Origin: an uncultured Verrucomicrobiota bacterium
GTDB lineage: Bacteria > Verrucomicrobiota > Kiritimatiellia > RFP12 > UBA1067
DNA length: 64,000 nucleotides
Assembly: GCA_946055075.1 (NCBI GenBank)
Contig: CAMGEN010000005.1
Location: 2,098 to 66,097 of the forward strand
Direction of reading: 5' to 3'
The position numbers and the translations under genes are program-made. Shown here one piece after another: positions 54,619 to 62,881 of this stretch; the first letter of the stretch is position 1, and every line of letters begins with the position of its first letter. The notes below the pieces were generated by a model. That model did not search any database. It worked only from the letters and a program-made list of their open reading frames with translations, and was not told the origin of the DNA.

Positions 54619-55731
54619 ATGGCATGGAATCAATCGACGGAGAAATGCCGAACCGTTAACGGCGGAATTAAGAAGCGCCATGGATGGCTGTGGGTTCTTT
54701 GGGTGTTTGCGGGCGTGGCGGCAGTAGCCGTGCCTGCATATCTGACCAGTTCTGTCGGGATTGATTCGGCAGCGGTTGCGGATGATGTTCCCGAGGTGAC
54801 GGATGAACCGGTGACGAGCCCCAAACCGTCTAATATGATCAAGGAGGTGAAGCCGGATCTGGCGTGCTTTGTTGGGAAAAAGCTCCGGTCGTGTGATTTC
54901 CTGCTGAACAAGGATTTCAAGAAGAACGCCAAGTATTATCTGTGTCTCTTTTCGGCATCGTGGTGTCCGCCGTGCCGCAGGGAAATGCCGCGTATCGCCA
55001 AGACCTACTTGGAGACCTTGAAAGACGATCCGGATATCGAGCTTATCCACTTCTCGCGCGATCAGAATGACGTAATGGCGCTCGCTTGGGCGAAGGAACA
55101 TGACGTCAAGTTCCCCGTTGTGAAGCCGAACGGCGGCAACCCGCTTGATCTGAAGCCGAGCGGCATCCCGCATCTCTTTATCCTCAAGGCCGACGGCACT
55201 CTTGTCGAGCACGATCATCCGATGCGAATTTTCAACGAAGAGAAGTTCAGCGAGATAAAGTCGGGGAATGTAAAGGTAAAACCTCATGTTGCTAATGTTG
55301 AGTTGAAGAATGGAGAGGGAGCGGAACAAGTCGGCGGCTACTTATGGACATATCGTTTGGAAAATGGGTGCGCAACGATAGTGGCTGCGGGAGGGCTGGG
55401 GAGATGTACGATTTCGCCTGTCCCGCATGGGGATGTCGTTATCCCTGCGAAGCTGGGTGATATGAGCGTTACGAGTATTGGCGATTTTGCGTTTTGGGAG
55501 TGCGGCCAACTGACGTCGGTGACAATTCCATCGAGTGTGAAGAGTATTTGTGCTGGTGCGTTTTGGAACTGCTGTGGGTTGACATCGGTGAAGATGTTGG
55601 GCGAACGTCCTGCCGTGGGATCGCAGATGTTTGCTTATTGCGGGAAGTTAAAAGAGATCCATGTTCCGGCGAATGCGAAGAGCTGGGCGGGGATGAAGGA
55701 GTGGCAGGGTATTCCGCTGGTCTTTGATTGA
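54619..55731 (+). CDS. membrane-anchored thioredoxin-fold (TlpA/redoxin-like, CPPC) protein fused to BspA-type leucine-rich repeats
   Basis: AGGAGG SD. TM WLWVLWVFAGVAAVAVPAYL. FSASWCPPCRREMP redox motif. C-terminal repeats (IPAKLGDMSVTSIGDFAFWECGQLTSVTIPSSVKSICAGAFWNCCGLTSV) typical of LRR_5/BspA. Confidence 0.72.
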   Translation: MAWNQSTEKCRTVNGGIKKRHGWLWVLWVFAGVAAVAVPAYLTSSVGIDSAAVADDVPEVTDEPVTSPKPSNMIKEVKPDLACFVGKKLRSCDFLLNKDFKKNAKYYLCLFSASWCPPCRREMPRIAKTYLETLKDDPDIELIHFSRDQNDVMALAWAKEHDVKFPVVKPNGGNPLDLKPSGIPHLFILKADGTLVEHDHPMRIFNEEKFSEIKSGNVKVKPHVANVELKNGEGAEQVGGYLWTYRLENGCATIVAAGGLGRCTISPVPHGDVVIPAKLGDMSVTSIGDFAFWECGQLTSVTIPSSVKSICAGAFWNCCGLTSVKMLGERPAVGSQMFAYCGKLKEIHVPANAKSWAGMKEWQGIPLVFD

Positions 55732-55749
55732 GCCGCTGTTAATATCGTA

Positions 55750-55771
55750 CGGGGCGCGTTATCGCGCCCCG
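55750..55771 (+). terminator. GC-rich hairpin after the thioredoxin-LRR gene (no U-tract)
   Basis: CGGGGCGCG-TTAT-CGCGCCCCG, a 9-bp perfect stem 19 nt after the stop. No T-run on either strand. Confidence 0.3.
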
Positions 55772-55958
55772 GGTTCGCAATTAGACAAATATTGATTCGC
55801 CGCTTTACGAGGTTTTAAAGCAGCTGATCGAAAAGACTGCGGGGGCGGAAGTTGTTTCGCGTTTGAGAAAGAAGTATCCCGCGCATGGTCTGCTGGCAGA
55901 AGATCCTCCAGATTTGTGATGTCATTTTGATTTTGGCGTGGTTTTGGGGCGACTTTTT

Positions 55959-55967
55959 TGGTATAAT
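55959..55967 (+). promoter_or_regulatory. putative extended -10 promoter (TGGTATAAT) for the first DUF4143 ATPase
   Basis: TTTTTTGGTATAATT, identical 15-nt context to the 43399 box. Confidence 0.55.
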
Positions 55968-56025
55968 TCAAAAACGAAGGTATGGAAAATGCGCGTGCGC
56001 GCAAAAAATCACCTTGGAATGTCGT

Positions 56026-57324
56026 ATGATAATCAAACGCCAACAGTATCTTGATCGATTGATTAATCGCCGGTGCAATGGACTCGTGAAGGTTGTTACG
56101 GGGTTGCGTCGATGTGGTAAGTCTTTCTTGCTCTTTACGCTTTACCATGAGTATTTGAATGGTATTGGGGTCCCGGATGACCATATCGTGGAAGTCGCAT
56201 TGGATGATGTTGAGAATTTCAGATATCACAATCCTCGTCGGTTGCTCAAGTATCTGAAGTCTCGCATTGAGGATAAGGACCAGTATTACATCTTCATTGA
56301 TGAGATTCAGTTCGTTAAGAAGATTAAGATTCGCGATTCGGAGATCGGCAATTCTGCCCCCATCACTTTTTATTCTGTTGTCAATGCGCTTTTGAAGCTG
56401 CCGAACGTTGATGTCTATGTCACGGGTTCTAACTCGACGATGTTGTCGCAGGATGTGATGACAGAGTTTCGCGGACGAGGTGACGAAGTGCGGATTCGAC
56501 CGCTGTCTTTCTCGGAGTTCATGAGCGTCTACGAGGGCGATGCGCGAGACGGCTGGGACGAGTATCTCGAATACGGAGGGATGCCGCTTGCGGTTTTGGC
56601 CAAAGGACATGAGGCGAAGAGCAGCTATCTCAAGAATCTCTTTGAGGAAACGTATCTTAAGGATGTTGTTGAGCGTTATAAGATTCGCAAGCCGGGAGTC
56701 CTTAACGATGTCGTCGATGTTCTGGCCTCTGGCGTTGGTAGTTTGACGAATTCGCAGAAGTTGGCGAACACGTTTGAGACAGTCATGAAGGCGCCGATAC
56801 TGGCCAAAACGGTGAACGGGTACATCGGCAAGCTGAAGAATTCGTTCTTGCTGGAAGAGGTTCGGCGTTATGATGTGAAGGGGCGCAAGTACATCGGGGC
56901 GTTGTGCAAGTATTACTTTGCCGATACTGGCTTGCGTAACGCGCGCATTGGGTTCCGACAGACGGAGGAGACGCATCTGATGGAAAACGCCATCTGTACT
57001 GAACTTCTGGCGCTTGGTTATGAGGTTGATGTTGGCATTGTGGAGATATTTGAAACGAGTACGAATGGAAGTGGCGTCAGAAAGCAGATCGAGATAGATT
57101 TCGTGGCGAATAAAGCAGATCGCCGTTACTACATTCAATCTGCCTTGACGATCGAGGACCCTTTGAAACGCGCACAGGAAATTCGCCCGTTCGGCAAGGT
57201 CGGAGATTCTTTCAAGAAGATTATTCTCGTCGGTGGCCGCCATGAGCCGCGACGAGACGAGAACGGCTATCTCGTCGCCGGTGTCATTGACTTTATGCTG
57301 TCACCGGAAAATGTTCTGAATTAA
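56026..57324 (+). CDS. AAA+ ATPase (AAA_14) with DUF4143 C-terminal domain (COG1373 family)
   Basis: Walker A TGLRRCGKSFLL, Walker B YIFIDEIQ, and a C-terminal EIDF motif. ATG-56026 lies ~60 nt downstream of a TGGTATAAT box. The ORF-track start at 55885 is upstream of that promoter. Confidence 0.82.
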   Translation: MIIKRQQYLDRLINRRCNGLVKVVTGLRRCGKSFLLFTLYHEYLNGIGVPDDHIVEVALDDVENFRYHNPRRLLKYLKSRIEDKDQYYIFIDEIQFVKKIKIRDSEIGNSAPITFYSVVNALLKLPNVDVYVTGSNSTMLSQDVMTEFRGRGDEVRIRPLSFSEFMSVYEGDARDGWDEYLEYGGMPLAVLAKGHEAKSSYLKNLFEETYLKDVVERYKIRKPGVLNDVVDVLASGVGSLTNSQKLANTFETVMKAPILAKTVNGYIGKLKNSFLLEEVRRYDVKGRKYIGALCKYYFADTGLRNARIGFRQTEETHLMENAICTELLALGYEVDVGIVEIFETSTNGSGVRKQIEIDFVANKADRRYYIQSALTIEDPLKRAQEIRPFGKVGDSFKKIILVGGRHEPRRDENGYLVAGVIDFMLSPENVLN

Positions 57325-57474
57325 AGGGGATGCCGGTTCGTTGCAGGACTCGCGCGTACTCGTATTGCGAGCGTTTTCGTGATTCGTCTGTCAGATTGAC
57401 CTGCCGGGAATGCCGTAATCGTTGGAGCCTATGCAGAAATTGCCAACGGCGTTGTGGCGGGTATAGTCGGAATT

Positions 57475-57483
57475 TGGTATAAT
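57475..57483 (+). promoter_or_regulatory. putative extended -10 promoter (TGGTATAAT) ~250 nt upstream of the Sel1 gene
   Basis: Exact TGnTATAAT in a 410-nt intergenic region. Confidence 0.5.
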
Positions 57484-57617
57484 ACTGCCGTTCTTTCGGG
57501 CGGCGCAAGCCAAACCCGACTGACATGACATAACACTGCGAAGCAATCGTCAGGCGGAATGTAGGAAGTTTCGATGCAGACGATACAGTTGCAGGGGCAT
57601 GCGCATACACTTTGCGT

Positions 57618-57710
57618 GCCTCTCTCCGTATTTCTGCATGGGCCTCCTACAGCCTCGCCTGAAACCGGAGAGAGGCCGTTTCTTTCCCGATCTTTGTATT
57701 TTGTTTTGAG
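57618..57710 (+). terminator. terminator/attenuator-like hairpin plus T-rich tract in the Sel1 leader
   Basis: GCCTCTCTCCG (57618-57628) pairs perfectly with CGGAGAGAGGC (57666-57676), an 11-bp stem with a 37-nt loop. It is followed by CGTTTCTTTCCCGATCTTTGTATTTTGTTTT. Confidence 0.4.
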
Positions 57711-57734
57711 AAGATGAAAATGAAGGAGGGTAAA

Positions 57735-58421
57735 ATGATGCATCGTGGAACTGATAGCGAGATTATAGTAGTTCGATTATCATTAATGATTGCTTTTGCG
57801 GTTGTCATGTGTTTGACATATGGTTGTGTGCGAGATGAGGCGAAAGAAATGTATGAGCTTGGGCAGAAATACCTTGACGGGGATGGTGTTGAGAAAAATG
57901 TGTCCAAAGCCATTGACTTATTCCGAGAGTCGGCAGAACTGGGGAACGCGGAGGCGCAATGGATGGTCGGCCTTGTGTATGATAAGGGTGTTGATGGCAT
58001 CGTAACGAAGAATCCTAGAAAGGCTTTGAGGTGGTATCGCGAGTCTGCAGAGCAAGGATATGTAAACGCCATGGTTAGTCTTGGAAATTGCTATGTAAAT
58101 GGTGTTGGTGTTACCGAAGATCCGCGAGAAGCGGTTCGGTGGTATGGCTTGGCGGCGGAGCGTGGTAATGCTTTTGCGCAGACGCAGCTCGGAACATTCT
58201 ATATGTTGGGGCTTGGTGTTCGGAAGAATCCGGAGATGGGGGTTAGTTTATATCGTAAAGGAGCGGACCAAGGGGATGCGGCTGCTCAGTATCTTCTTGG
58301 GTTGTGCTACCAAGAAGGTGATGGCGTTAAGAGATCTCCGCAAGAGGCGAAATTGTGGTTTCGCAAGGCTGCGGTACAGGGACATAAAGCGGCAAAAAAG
58401 GAGTTGGAAAGATATTATTAA
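57735..58421 (+). CDS. Sel1-repeat (SLR) protein, probable lipoprotein
   Basis: AAGGAGGG SD 6 nt before ATG-57735. Signal/lipobox-like MIAFAVVMCLTYGC. About five Sel1 repeats (GNAEAQWMVGLVYDKG, GYVNAMVSLGNCYVNGVGV, GNAFAQTQLGTFY, GDAAAQYLLGLCYQEGDGV). Confidence 0.82.
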   Translation: MMHRGTDSEIIVVRLSLMIAFAVVMCLTYGCVRDEAKEMYELGQKYLDGDGVEKNVSKAIDLFRESAELGNAEAQWMVGLVYDKGVDGIVTKNPRKALRWYRESAEQGYVNAMVSLGNCYVNGVGVTEDPREAVRWYGLAAERGNAFAQTQLGTFYMLGLGVRKNPEMGVSLYRKGADQGDAAAQYLLGLCYQEGDGVKRSPQEAKLWFRKAAVQGHKAAKKELERYY

Positions 58422-58481
58422 GTGCTTGAAAATCTGAAAGTTAGAGTTTGAAAATTTAACGGTTAAGATAGAGGTGAGGCT

Positions 58482-59285
58482 ATGGGATATGCAAAGCGTA
58501 AATTGAAGCCGGTGGGGCATAGGTCCTATTGTGGCGTATTGATTGTCATATTGACATTAATTATTGTCGGTATTGTGACGGTGATATGGCATCATGGCGC
58601 AGGGATTGACGATCGGGGACGAGATTATGGCGAAAAAGAGGAGCGGGTAAATGAGCAGAAAGAACACCTTTTAGGACGCGATAGCCAAAACCGAGCCTCG
58701 TATAATAAGTTTCGGTTAGGAGATTATAGTAATCTTCAGGACGCGGATTTTCGCTGTCGTCACGGTGTGGACATAGATGAAGTGACGAAATCTTACAATC
58801 CGAAGAGGCGTAATCAAGTCTTCAGGTATTGTGTCAGAGACAAAGTTGAAGATTCTGATAAGTTTTTCATGAATATATATTACAGTGATGAGTGCGAAAA
58901 TCAGGTAGTCACGCAACGATTTTCTGATTGGTGGGTTCCAAAAAACAGAAAAGGAATTCTCAATATCATGGAAGATTTATGGGAGAAAATCGATTGGTTG
59001 GCTTCGCAAGCGCATGAAGGCGTTGAGATTGTTTCTTCGTCATCGAATATACATTACAGGGGGCATAACAAGGAAGATGTGAAAAACGATTTGTGCGCAG
59101 CTGTTATGGATGTGTTGGGAACTGGCTCGAATGTGGCGATGGTGCAATGGAAGACTCCGAAATGTTATGTTGAATGGCGTTTTGTGCGTGGATTACTTGA
59201 GGGAAAGACGATATACATGACTGGAATCACGTATTCAGATCAGCCGATTCTCAACGAAGATAATGGGCAGGAGTCCCCTCTGTAA
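58482..59285 (+). CDS. hypothetical membrane-anchored protein
   Basis: GAGGTGAGG SD. N-terminal TM (YCGVLIVILTLIIVGIVTVIW) followed by a ~220-aa Cys-containing domain in which I recognise no motif. Confidence 0.55.
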   Translation: MGYAKRKLKPVGHRSYCGVLIVILTLIIVGIVTVIWHHGAGIDDRGRDYGEKEERVNEQKEHLLGRDSQNRASYNKFRLGDYSNLQDADFRCRHGVDIDEVTKSYNPKRRNQVFRYCVRDKVEDSDKFFMNIYYSDECENQVVTQRFSDWWVPKNRKGILNIMEDLWEKIDWLASQAHEGVEIVSSSSNIHYRGHNKEDVKNDLCAAVMDVLGTGSNVAMVQWKTPKCYVEWRFVRGLLEGKTIYMTGITYSDQPILNEDNGQESPL

Positions 59286-59434
59286 TCTTTGGGATGAATT
59301 TGTGTGCTAATGGCAAATGGCATTCTCTTGCTGAAAATTGTGTGGCAGAGTGGCAGTGCACTGTACGATATCTCTGGCGACCGGGCTATGCCTTGAATAA
59401 ATAATAGGCTGATTGTAACGAGTAAGGATAGAAT

Positions 59435-60652
59435 ATGAAATTTCAATGTGATCAATGTAAGTCCATCTTGAATTCGGATTCGGTAACCGATGGCATGAAG
59501 GTGGATTGCCCGGTCTGCGGTGTGGAGACCGTATGCCATCCGTATGGGGATGAGCATAAACTTAAACTCAGCAAGATCACTGCGGATGGTGACACTGAGG
59601 GGGTTGAAGAAAATCTATCAAAGGTAATACAGGAGAAGGTTGCTTCTGCGGTTGGCATCGAGAAGCTTGAAGGGTTCAGCCTGTCGGGTCTGTTTTCTGA
59701 GGTGTTTTCGAAACACTCGCGTGAGGAGATGGAGAATTGCTTCACGGTGGGAACATCTAAGACGACTCCGAATATCCTTGACATAGACGTGTCATGGCCT
59801 AAGCCGTGGATGTTTACGCGAATGATACTTGCTTCGCTTGTCTTGTATTTTCTCCTGCTTGTTGGCTGGAACATATGGAAGAATCCTAACCTCCTGCCGG
59901 GGCTGATGCTGGTTGGTTCTTTTGCGATTCCAATTTCAACACTTATTTTGTTCATTGAGCTGAATGTACGGCGAAATATTTCGCTTTATATGGTGTCGCG
60001 GTTGGTATTCCTTGGGGGCGTGTTTTCGCTTCTTATTACTCATCTTTTGCCGGATATTACATCCTTAACATCCATCTTGTTTCGATATTGGCGTGAGCTT
60101 ATGGGAGCTTCTGTGGCGGGGCCGCTTGAGGAATCGGCAAAGGTGCTTGCGATGGTTGTCGTAGCAAGTGCGGCTAAGTTTCGATACAAGTTAAATGGAT
60201 TGTTGGTTGGGGCGGCTGTTGGCACGGGATTTTCGGCGTTTGAATCAGCGGGATATGCTTTTAGCACGCTTCTTGCAGATCGGAATGTCGATGTTATGGT
60301 GCAGGTCATCAATATGCGTGGTCTTATGTCTCCGTTTAGTCATATCGTTTGGTCGGCAATTGCTGGTTGTGCGCTTTGGCGTGTCATCAACGGGCAGAAG
60401 TTTAAGTGGTATATGCTTTGTGATGAACGATTTATTCGGCTATTACTTGTGCCCGTTGTTTTGCATATGGTTTGGAATTCGCCGTTGCAACTCCCGTATT
60501 TTGGGACGTTCATTGTTGTCGGCTTTGTCGGCTGGTTTGTGTGCCTTTCTCTAGCCCAGGAGGGGTTGAATGAATTAGCAGGGGAGCAGAAGGATGCGAG
60601 AAAGCATGAAGGAGAAGAATCCGTTTTGTCATCGAAAGGAGAAGTCCAATGA
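59435..60652 (+). CDS. PrsW-family intramembrane metalloprotease with N-terminal double-CxxC zinc ribbon
   Basis: FQCDQCKSIL...VDCPVCG zinc ribbon. Polytopic region with PrsW signature motifs (GPLEESAKVLAM, GFSAFESAGY, SHIVWSAIAG). Confidence 0.78.
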   Translation: MKFQCDQCKSILNSDSVTDGMKVDCPVCGVETVCHPYGDEHKLKLSKITADGDTEGVEENLSKVIQEKVASAVGIEKLEGFSLSGLFSEVFSKHSREEMENCFTVGTSKTTPNILDIDVSWPKPWMFTRMILASLVLYFLLLVGWNIWKNPNLLPGLMLVGSFAIPISTLILFIELNVRRNISLYMVSRLVFLGGVFSLLITHLLPDITSLTSILFRYWRELMGASVAGPLEESAKVLAMVVVASAAKFRYKLNGLLVGAAVGTGFSAFESAGYAFSTLLADRNVDVMVQVINMRGLMSPFSHIVWSAIAGCALWRVINGQKFKWYMLCDERFIRLLLVPVVLHMVWNSPLQLPYFGTFIVVGFVGWFVCLSLAQEGLNELAGEQKDARKHEGEESVLSSKGEVQ

Positions 60653-61167
60653 AAAGCGGCAACGTGAGATTTAAATGTCCGTTCTGCGGACAGATATCCG
60701 AAGGTCCGGCTCAATGTGCGGGCGCTGAAGATAATTGCCCGTCTTGCGGTAAGCGATTTCAGCTAGTGGCAATGACTGATTCTCCGTCGGTTCGTCCTAA
60801 CTGTTTGATGTGCTATTTTATAATGTTTAAGAGGTATGTCGGTTTTCGGGGACGTTCTTCGCGCCGTGAATTCTGGTGGGCCATGCTTTTTCATACGATA
60901 GTAACATTGATCATTGTTATAGTCGATAGTGCTGTTTTCCGTAGGTATCGAGATCCGCAAGGTCTTCTCGTGCAAATATATTTCTTCGCCACGTTGCTAC
61001 CTCTTATAGCTGTCCAGGTTCGGCGGTTGCATGATACGAACAAAAGCGGCTGGTGGGTGTTGCTTTCGCTTGTGCCAGTCCTGAATATTGTCTATATCGT
61101 TTGGCTGGCGATGGGTGGAGACAAGGGGAGTAACCGCTTTGACGTAGTCCGGAAGGTCGGGATTTAG
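60649..61167 (+). CDS. DUF805-family inner-membrane protein with N-terminal double-CxxC zinc ribbon
   Basis: FKCPFCGQIS...DNCPSCG zinc ribbon, then DUF805 hallmarks (FRGRSSRREFWW, RRLHDTNKSGWW). ATGA overlap with the PrsW gene stop. Confidence 0.78.
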   Translation: MKSGNVRFKCPFCGQISEGPAQCAGAEDNCPSCGKRFQLVAMTDSPSVRPNCLMCYFIMFKRYVGFRGRSSRREFWWAMLFHTIVTLIIVIVDSAVFRRYRDPQGLLVQIYFFATLLPLIAVQVRRLHDTNKSGWWVLLSLVPVLNIVYIVWLAMGGDKGSNRFDVVRKVGI

Positions 61168-61454
61168 TGAGGTAGTGTGGCCAGTGAGGAGGTATGGGGT
61201 ATACCAAGAGAAGATTGAACCAAGTGAATGGAAATCGATGCCGAGGAGTATGGATCGGTGGTTGTATAGGGTTTATAGTCAGTATCGTCGGACAGTGTTC
61301 TTGATTTGGGGGACGGTGAATATGCTGTGAATAAGAATGGCGCGGTATCTGCATTGCTCATGTCATCGTCCGCGAGGCGCGGGGGGTGCGGTGGTTGCGC
61401 TTTGAAAACTAATTTCATTTTTGTCAAAAGTTTTCAGTTTCGCGGCGCAGAATG

Positions 61455-61463
61455 TGGTATAAT
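61455..61463 (+). promoter_or_regulatory. putative extended -10 promoter (TGGTATAAT) for the second DUF4143 ATPase
   Basis: Exact TGnTATAAT 30 nt before ATG-61493, with a GGAGG SD in between. Confidence 0.55.
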
Positions 61464-61492
61464 ATCAGCGAATTTATGATTGGAGGCAAAAT

Positions 61493-62725
61493 ATGTCCAC
61501 CTATATTCCGCGAAAAGATTACTTGGAGTGGTTGTCAGAGTTTAAGGACAAAAAACTTATTAAGGTGCTGACTGGCTTGCGTCGTTCTGGGAAGTCTACG
61601 ATTATGACGATGTTTGCCGAATCGCTTGTTGCTCAGGGCGTGCCGTTGAATCGGATTCTTACGATTAACTTCGAGGAGTTCGAGAATGAGGCCTATTTGG
61701 ATCCGCACGCGCTTCATAACCGGATTATTGAGTCGGTAGTCCCTGGCGAACGGTTGTACGTGTTTCTCGATGAAGTTCAGCATGTCAATGAGTATGAGCG
61801 GGTTCTCGACAGCCTTTATGTCAAGCCAGACATCGATCTTTATGTGACAGGATCAACGGCTGATCTGCTTTCCTCTGAAATTGCATCCCGGCTGACTGGC
61901 CGTTATGTGGAGATTAATGTCTTACCTCTTTCGTTCGCAGAGTCCCTGTATGGACGGCAGATGAAGGAGGGCGGCGAGCGCCGGGCATTCATGGAGTATT
62001 TGACATTCGGCGGACTTCCTGGTGCGCGTGAATTCGAGAACGGATCGAGTGCTCAGCGTGAATACGTGGAAAGCGTCTTCAGAACGATACTGGAGAAGGA
62101 TGTTCTCAAGCGGGCGAAGAAAGGCCGATTCCTGGTCGAACGGATTATTCGTTATATGGCGGACAATATCGGGCATCTTACCAGTCCCAAGCGTCTGACT
62201 GATCGTTTGGGAGAGGAAAGCAAGACGCATGAAGAAAAAGCTGCCGCCTATAACACGGTTGTCTCGTATCTCGAACGGCTGACGGATTGTTTCTTTCTTT
62301 ACAAGCCGGATCGTTTCGATGTTGTCGGCGGCGAATTGCTTCAGCTTGTCCATAAGTACTACTTGACGGATTTCGGTTTTCAACATTATCTCCTTGGAAA
62401 TGTCAGGCTCGAGCTTCAGCAACTCATAGAGAACGTTGTATATTTTGAGCTTATTCGGCGTCGTTATCAGGTTGCGACCGGTAAGGTGGATGATAAGGAG
62501 GTCGATTTCAGGGTCAAGGACAGGAACGGCGGCATTGCCTATATTCAGGTCGCGGTGACGGTGTCGAGTCCAGAGAAACTCGCACAGGAACTCGGACCGT
62601 TCAAGTTGATCAAGGATAACTATCCGAAGTATATTCTGACGTTGGATGAAATCTTTACACCTGATCATGCAGGAGTAAAGACATTGGGACTGATAGATTT
62701 CCTGCTCGGTCGATCTGCGATATAG
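61493..62725 (+). CDS. AAA+ ATPase (AAA_14) with DUF4143 C-terminal domain (COG1373 family), divergent paralog of 56026..57324
   Basis: GGAGG SD. Walker A TGLRRSGKSTIM, Walker B YVFLDEVQ, C-terminal EVDF motif. Preceded by a TGGTATAAT box. Confidence 0.85.
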   Translation: MSTYIPRKDYLEWLSEFKDKKLIKVLTGLRRSGKSTIMTMFAESLVAQGVPLNRILTINFEEFENEAYLDPHALHNRIIESVVPGERLYVFLDEVQHVNEYERVLDSLYVKPDIDLYVTGSTADLLSSEIASRLTGRYVEINVLPLSFAESLYGRQMKEGGERRAFMEYLTFGGLPGAREFENGSSAQREYVESVFRTILEKDVLKRAKKGRFLVERIIRYMADNIGHLTSPKRLTDRLGEESKTHEEKAAAYNTVVSYLERLTDCFFLYKPDRFDVVGGELLQLVHKYYLTDFGFQHYLLGNVRLELQQLIENVVYFELIRRRYQVATGKVDDKEVDFRVKDRNGGIAYIQVAVTVSSPEKLAQELGPFKLIKDNYPKYILTLDEIFTPDHAGVKTLGLIDFLLGRSAI

Positions 62726-62757
62726 CAGGTTTATCAAGTAGAGGATCAGTACAATCT

Positions 62758-62807
62758 CGGACGGTACGGTGGTTGCGCGGACGGTACGGTGGTTGCGGAC
62801 GGTGCGG
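62758..62807 (+). repeat. 20-bp direct repeat CGGACGGTACGGTGGTTGCG x2 plus partial third copy, intergenic
   Basis: Perfect copies at 62758-62777 and 62778-62797, then GACGGTGCGG. A related GGTGCGGTGGTTGCGC occurs at 61385-61400. Confidence 0.8.
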
Positions 62808-62881
62808 AATTGTTGTCAGAAACGGCGAGGTGACGCGCCTATACCATCGTAAGGACAAAAGTCCGGAAAGGATGGCGCGAT

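Noticed and set aside
55885-56025. Upstream extension of the first ATPase ORF
   Set aside because: The extension spans the TGGTATAAT box and is Cys/Trp-rich. The family-typical N-terminus (MIIKRQQYLDRL...) starts at ATG-56026.
55759-57243. 494-aa minus-strand ORF antisense to the first DUF4143 ATPase (and likewise 61922..62737 antisense to the second)
   Set aside because: The + strand ORFs carry Walker A/B motifs plus SD and promoter signals. The antisense translations have no recognisable features.
59343-59365. Possible sigma-54 promoter (TGGCAG-AG-TGGCAGTGCA) upstream of the PrsW gene
   Set aside because: Neither TGGCA copy has a GC dinucleotide at the required spacing. In the TGGCAC-N5-TTGC consensus the -12 GC starts 12 nt downstream of the -24 GG, but here the GCs fall at +9/+14 and +6.
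61168-61454. Minus-strand ORFs 61004..61354 and 61164..61427 in the DUF805-ATPase intergenic region
   Set aside because: There is no SD or promoter context, the composition is Pro/Ser/Thr-rich, and one overlaps the DUF805 3' end. I treat the region as non-coding.
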